The notes below the pieces were generated by a model. The model was not told the DNA's origin. It was given only the letters and a program-made list of their open reading frames with translations, and made no database searches. Below are positions 59,448-64,000 of a DNA stretch of 64,000 nt, piece by piece; the first letter of the stretch is position 1; every line of letters begins with the position of its first letter. The DNA is from a phage. The position numbers were made by a program, and so were the translations under genes. The stretch lies in the NCBI GenBank assembly GCA_021683455.1, contig GCA_021683455.1_3051.1, one strand, 5' to 3'.

Positions 59448-60289
59448 TAGAATGCTCCTTGTAAAATATTATCACCACTAGTAGGTCTATTATACAAATA
59501 CTCTATGCCACCAGGTTTAATATAGTTCCATGTATGAAATGGATGCACATGATATGGATGTGTATAATATGGATGGTATGGATTTAATCCAGGAGTTCTC
59601 CAGGTAGTATTCCAACGAAAAGAATCGTTTTTAATCATCTTTTCAATTACATCTTTTATAGCTTTTTCACTATCAAAACTTTCTTTATTTTCATTCGATG
59701 GAAAAAGCTTATTCTCTACATCATTCCATGTATAAACTCGCTGTGCAGTTTTTGGAATACTGTCACGCTCCCCTCGAGCCATCCAATAAACAGGAACATT
59801 TAATATTTCACTCGCGTGATCGCAGTGGTGAGCGAGATCGTCAATATAACAAATTACGTTATATTTCTCTTTTGCCTTTTTGAACAACTCTTCTTTTGAA
59901 GAATCATGACCACACATCAATACTTCTGAGAAGGCACCAGGAAAAAGAGCATTCAAATTAAATTGACGATTCAGCAGAGCGTCAATAGAATCACCCAATG
60001 CTGTAACAGCTACAAAATTATAATCTTCTTTTAATTTGTTAATTACACACAGGGCATCTTTATATGGAGACAAGTAACGAATAAAATCTGAACGATTGTA
60101 TTTTTCAATTAACTTGACGCCAAGTTCTTCATCGCAATTAAAGAGCTTACCAGGAGAAATAAATTTTTCGTCCTGAATCATTTTTAAAATATGTTCTAAT
60201 GGAAGATTATATTTTTGGGCAAAATAAGGAAGACCTGATTGCCAGCTTAAACATACACCATCAATATCAGTCAAAATAGTAGGCTTCAT
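59447..60289 (-). CDS. HAD-superfamily phosphatase/nucleotidase-like protein with His/Pro/Tyr-rich C-terminus (280 aa)
   Basis: HAD motif I ILTDIDGV, motif II-like AVTALG, motif IV CYIDD; C-terminal HPYHPYYTHPYHVHPFH. Confidence 0.65.
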   Translation of the reverse strand: MKPTILTDIDGVCLSWQSGLPYFAQKYNLPLEHILKMIQDEKFISPGKLFNCDEELGVKLIEKYNRSDFIRYLSPYKDALCVINKLKEDYNFVAVTALGDSIDALLNRQFNLNALFPGAFSEVLMCGHDSSKEELFKKAKEKYNVICYIDDLAHHCDHASEILNVPVYWMARGERDSIPKTAQRVYTWNDVENKLFPSNENKESFDSEKAIKDVIEKMIKNDSFRWNTTWRTPGLNPYHPYYTHPYHVHPFHTWNYIKPGGIEYLYNRPTSGDNILQGAF

Positions 60290-60750
60290 AGAGAGTCTCT
60301 TAATAGGTTTAACACATCAATAAATTCAGCTTCGGTTAGTATTGTATCATCTTTTGTTAGACCGCTGGCCATGCTGTGCTTCAAAACTTTTCCTTTCGAG
60401 GCTTGTAATGCATCACGAAACCCTTTATTTTGGATCGCGGCTTCAAAATATGCATTTGTGTATAATTCTTTCCACGCTGGAGAGTATCTTGAAAACGGAA
60501 CTCCGAGCCAGAAGAGGGTCCCACGGTCCTGAGCTCTAGCATAAGACCTTCCAGCTTGTTGGGCGGCAAGCCCGGATAACCCAAATACACGACGTTGCTG
60601 TTCAACATTTTTCACCTTACATCCTTGGAGAAATCCTTCAAGACCTCCGAATTGAATACCATCCATGACAAAAGGCCATTGGGCGAAATTACTTAATGCA
60701 CATGATGGCCATTTAAAATTGCTTCTAATCTCTAACTCAGACATTTTCAA
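60286..60750 (-). CDS. NADAR (YbiA/DUF1768-like) domain protein (154 aa)
   Basis: LSNFAQWP..DG segment resembles the conserved FSNFA.WP..DG core of E. coli YbiA as I recall it; 4-nt overlap with the HAD gene. Confidence 0.55.
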   Translation of the reverse strand: MKMSELEIRSNFKWPSCALSNFAQWPFVMDGIQFGGLEGFLQGCKVKNVEQQRRVFGLSGLAAQQAGRSYARAQDRGTLFWLGVPFSRYSPAWKELYTNAYFEAAIQNKGFRDALQASKGKVLKHSMASGLTKDDTILTEAEFIDVLNLLRDSL

Positions 60751-60943
60751 TACTTATAATTTCAACATCAGCCCAATGACCATAGCAAGGAAGACGAAAC
60801 TCAACTGGCCAGTCACTACCCTTTTCTAGTATAATAGACTTGACTTGTGGTTCTTCATGCTCGTCAGTATATGGATTTTTATCTGTTACTTTATATGTGA
60901 CCTTAATGTACTGAATTCCAAAAATCTTATTAATTATATTCAT
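60737..60943 (-). CDS. Hypothetical protein (68 aa)
   Basis: Overlapping, coupled small ORF in the early cluster. Confidence 0.5.
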   Translation of the reverse strand: MNIINKIFGIQYIKVTYKVTDKNPYTDEHEEPQVKSIILEKGSDWPVEFRLPCYGHWADVEIISIENV

Positions 60944-61137
60944 ACTAATTCCTTTAATCCGTAAATAGGAGATAATTCATCACCCATACGAAGGTCTTCA
61001 TTTCCATCTACCCAGGAAACAATATAAGCCTCTTTTATTTGAATACCACTCCATTTAAATGGAGGTAGAACCTTAGAAATTAATCCAGGTATACCAACTC
61101 CCTTTAATTCAACAGTTTGACCTAAAAAGAATTTCAT
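60940..61137 (-). CDS. Hypothetical protein (65 aa)
   Basis: Overlapping, coupled small ORF in the early cluster. Confidence 0.5.
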   Translation of the reverse strand: MKFFLGQTVELKGVGIPGLISKVLPPFKWSGIQIKEAYIVSWVDGNEDLRMGDELSPIYGLKELV

Positions 61138-61423
61138 TAGAACCTCATCTGAAAACCATGTGATTTAACATTACCGCCGCCAATATCAGAAATGTTAATT
61201 TCACGCGCAATTGAAGGGTCAATGTCAATTTCACCATTAAGTTTAGCGATAGCTAAAGTATCACGCCCATTTACTGTACGGAATTCTAAAGGACAAACCA
61301 CATCAACATAATTTTTAATCGATTCACTAGTAGGTTGCAAATGAGCAGGAAGGTCTTTAGGCGCCTTAGAGAAAACCACTTCACAAAAATTTTTGCGGGT
61401 GTCAAAATAAGTAGTCATAAACA
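61137..61423 (-). CDS. Hypothetical protein (~95 aa; track ORF extends to 61475 from a TTG)
   Basis: Probable ATG start near 61423 with GAGGA SD; hairpin aggggc-TGAA-gcccct at 61441..61456 in the intercistronic gap. Confidence 0.55.
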
Positions 61424-61464
61424 TAATATTTTCCTCAGTAAGGGGCTGAAGCCCCTCATTTATT

Positions 61465-61830
61465 TTAAATATCAAATTCGTTAAGAACTACATCAAAGAT
61501 TGCTTCAAGATGCTCAGGTTTAGCTCTATTACTCAGAATATGACGAATCCAAGTTTTAACCAGAAGCTTACGATTAACGCCATTCCAGCAAGGATGAGTC
61601 CCTAAATCACGTTGACGAAAATCATCATCTAAAGCGATTTTAAAATTTGAACCTTCCATTGTGATTGAAACCGTGATGCCATTTTCAAATCGCATATAAA
61701 CGTAGTTAGGAGTCATATACTGTTCAATTTCGCATACTGAACCATTTTGATGTTTCCAAAGGCAAATAGTATCAATAGAACCTGCAATACCATTAGAAAC
61801 ATATTTACGTTCAAAGTTGATGTAGTTCAT
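61465..61830 (-). CDS. Hypothetical protein (121 aa)
   Basis: ORF in the early cluster; no motif recognised. Confidence 0.6.
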   Translation of the reverse strand: MNYINFERKYVSNGIAGSIDTICLWKHQNGSVCEIEQYMTPNYVYMRFENGITVSITMEGSNFKIALDDDFRQRDLGTHPCWNGVNRKLLVKTWIRHILSNRAKPEHLEAIFDVVLNEFDI

Positions 61831-61898
61831 TTTTATTCTCCGAGATGTTTAATTGCGGTACAGGTATATAATATCATATCCTGTACCAAAGTAAACAA

Positions 61899-62231
61899 TT
61901 ATTTTACTACTTTCCAGTACTTCATGTCAAGTTTACCAACTTTTTTCATCTTCTCAATTAAGCGTTCGGCACGTTGGCGAGCTGTAACATAATACCATTC
62001 ACCTAATTCATTTTGTTCAATTTTTCCAACGATTACTGTATTCAATTCATAAATCCAACCAGTAAAGAAATTATGAACTTGAATTGTAAAGGTGAAATCT
62101 GTTCCCATACCTTCTGTTGTTTCTACTTCAATAATATCACCTTCAACTGCCATTAAGAACCACATAGTTTCATCATATTTACCATTGAAGCATTTAGTTT
62201 TAACTGCAGCGTTCAGATTAATCGTTTTCAT
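61899..62231 (-). CDS. Hypothetical protein (110 aa)
   Basis: ORF with early promoter copy 3 immediately upstream. Confidence 0.6.
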   Translation of the reverse strand: MKTINLNAAVKTKCFNGKYDETMWFLMAVEGDIIEVETTEGMGTDFTFTIQVHNFFTGWIYELNTVIVGKIEQNELGEWYYVTARQRAERLIEKMKKVGKLDMKYWKVVK

Positions 62232-62244
62232 TTTATTCTCCTTT

Positions 62245-62300
62245 GTTTGTGTAAGATAATACTATCACAAAGGAACCATTACTGTAAACAACTTTATGCA
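62245..62300 (-). promoter_or_regulatory. T4 early-type promoter (copy 3 of 3)
   Basis: Minus-strand -35 GTTTAC and -10 TAGTAT; shares the aaacaactttatgcaat/taatactatcac core with the two ipI-region copies. Confidence 0.5.
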
Positions 62301-62319
62301 ATCTTTGGAAAATAAAAAA

Positions 62320-62337
62320 GGACTCCCGAAGGAGTCC
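62320..62337 (-). terminator. Intrinsic terminator (minus strand) after the basic 72-aa ORF
   Basis: Minus strand ggactcc-TTCG-ggagtcc followed by TTTTTTATTTT. Confidence 0.6.
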
Positions 62338-62342
62338 TCAAC

Positions 62343-62561
62343 TTATGCTTTCTGCTTACCAAAACGAGAAGCATCATCTCGAAGAACCGCACGTGCTCGG
62401 CGCATGATCTTCTCAACAGTTTGATTGATACGAGAGTTCGACCCACGCTTGTAGCCAGCGCGTTTAGAATCACCAACTTTCTTTTCAACTGCTTTCTTTG
62501 CTTTAGCTTGTTTTGCCATTATAAATTCTCTTTTAAATGAAAATGCAGGACTTATTGGCAT
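62343..62561 (-). CDS. Small highly basic protein (72 aa from track; 58 aa from MAKQAKAKK)
   Basis: Lys/Arg-rich ORF followed by a strong terminator. Confidence 0.5.
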   Translation of the reverse strand: MPISPAFSFKREFIMAKQAKAKKAVEKKVGDSKRAGYKRGSNSRINQTVEKIMRRARAVLRDDASRFGKQKA

Positions 62562-62764
62562 TGCCTGCGCAAGCCCTCAAGGGGAACATAGGTTTTTGGA
62601 TATTTAACGACCAGGATAACCATAAACCCGTCATCATTCACATTCAAGAGGTACACCGTAAAACTGCCGGGGTCTTAAAACTATAATGATTCGCAAATCA
62701 TTAATCAGACAGTTCGACGGCTCCTCGATTTTAGCTCACACTAAGGCAGTGAATCTCCAATAAA

Positions 62765-63013
62765 TTACTTCAATGTTACCACAAAGTGACGAACTGCTTT
62801 TCGTGCAGCAGAAGCCAGAGGCTTGGCATATTTAAGTTCATCTTTTTCCTGAAGCTCAGCAGCTAATGCAGTTTGAGCAGGATTCAGATGTTTGAAATAA
62901 CGCAGGATTTCAAGAGCTTCGGCTTCAACATCAATAGATGCGCCATAGTTTTCGTGACCATTATTCCATGCGTTTCGTTGCAGTTCAAGAGCGTGTTGTA
63001 ATTGTTTAATCAT
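62765..63013 (-). CDS. rIII: rIII-like lysis-inhibition accessory protein candidate (82 aa)
   Basis: 82 aa, the same length as T4 RIII, immediately downstream of gene 31; assigned by size and position only. Confidence 0.45.
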   Translation of the reverse strand: MIKQLQHALELQRNAWNNGHENYGASIDVEAEALEILRYFKHLNPAQTALAAELQEKDELKYAKPLASAARKAVRHFVVTLK

Positions 63014-63161
63014 TTAAAAAATTCTCGTTAGAGATTAAAACTCGGTAGTCACGTTCTTCTGAATTTCATCTTCTTTCGACAGATCTCTCAGTTGTAGACT
63101 ACCACGTAGAATTGTTCGGGTAACTTATTATTCCGACACCCAATTCATATTATTATTTATA

Positions 63162-63497
63162 TCACTTATAAAGACATGGAATAGCTTTATAGTGGCAAGT
63201 GACGAATTTTTGTTTAATTTCTTTTGGCTGCTTAAGACCCAGAGCTACAAAAGGATGCGGAACATTTCGAATTTGACCAACTGGAAGAGAAGTCAAATCA
63301 CCAACTTCGCAGAAACCTTCAGGAACATCAGGACCGACAGAGTGAACTACACACAGTTCAGGAACTTCACCTTGAACACGTTTACCGATAATAAGTCCTG
63401 ATTCTGTAACTTCTTCATCACCGGCTTGTGCAGGTTCAGAAACTAAAATAACATATTCACCGACAGCACGAATTGGCAGCTGTTGTACTTCAGACAT
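63162..63497 (-). CDS. 31: gp31, GroES-like co-chaperonin for capsid protein folding (111 aa)
   Basis: [26 protein letters not shown].. matches my recall of T4 gp31; 111 aa. Confidence 0.9.
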
Positions 63498-63520
63498 CGT
63501 TTTTCCTTTTTTGTTAACAG

Positions 63521-63550
63521 ATGAATTAATAATAACAAATAATTCTTAAA
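63521..63550 (-). promoter_or_regulatory. T4 middle (MotA-dependent) promoter candidate for gene 31
   Basis: Exact 30-nt copy of the element at 2436..2465: MotA-box-like TGCTTTA plus TAnnnT -10, about 25 nt upstream of the gene 31 start. Confidence 0.5.
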
Positions 63551-63554
63551 GCAT

Positions 63555-63863
63555 TTATTTACCAATAAATTGGAGTAAATGCTCAACTTTCATACCATTA
63601 ACAGAAATCAATTTGTCAATAGAAAAACCTCGCCAAGCGCCAAGTTCAATATCAAATACTGGAATCATGTCAGTAGATTCTTTCCGAGTAGATTCAGTCA
63701 ATTTACCGGTTTGCATGGTTGGCATAAAGTCTGCATCACGAGTACCTTTCATAGTACGAATAGTACCATCAGACTTTTCAAAAACTACGTTTGAAACACC
63801 CATGGACAATTTAGTTTTCAAAATTTCGCGAATTGCTACTTTCTGCTCAGTTGTCAGTTTCAT
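63555..63863 (-). CDS. Hypothetical protein (102 aa) upstream of gene 31
   Basis: ORF in the same orientation; position of T4 31.1. Confidence 0.55.
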   Translation of the reverse strand: MKLTTEQKVAIREILKTKLSMGVSNVVFEKSDGTIRTMKGTRDADFMPTMQTGKLTESTRKESTDMIPVFDIELGAWRGFSIDKLISVNGMKVEHLLQFIGK

Positions 63864-64000
63864 TTATTTACCTATTACAGTTTTAATATGAGTTGTTCCA
63901 CGTTCTTTAAGGGTGGAAAGCAATTTTTGGCATTTTTCTAAATCAGATTTCCAACTATATGGTCTATCAATACAAACCCATTCTGACTTATAATACTGCT

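Overview
This window reads as a near-complete slice of a T4-like (Tequatrovirus-type) myovirus genome, recognised from protein sequences, gene sizes and gene order recalled from phage T4; no search was run. Minus-strand early region at the left: a CTS-bearing internal-protein-like gene, stable RNAs, a tRNA cluster split by the GIY-YIG endonuclease segB, then IPI, 57B/57A and genes 1, 3, 2, 4. The plus-strand late module follows: baseplate genes 53 to 12, wac, neck 13/14/15, terminase 16/17, sheath 18, tube 19, portal 20, prohead core 67/68, protease 21, scaffold 22, capsid 23/24. Then rnlB, hoc, inh, segE, uvsW, uvsY, baseplate hub genes 25 to 54, two tandem alt ADP-ribosyltransferase genes, DNA ligase 30, a string of small early ORFs, an rIII-like ORF and gene 31. 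Differences from T4 as I recall it: a Hoc with one extra Ig-like domain, two free-standing HNH endonuclease genes (between 18 and 19, and after uvsW), a tRNA set with Tyr and Asn candidates but no Pro, and a tandem pair of Alt paralogs. The most interesting candidates are the Alt pair, a translationally coupled HAD-phosphatase plus NADAR (YbiA-like) pair beside ligase, and the internal-protein cassette bracketed by repeated terminators. Track ORF starts include non-ATG codons, so several starts are adjusted; my own hand-derived coordinates (tRNAs, promoters, hairpins) are approximate to about 2 nt.
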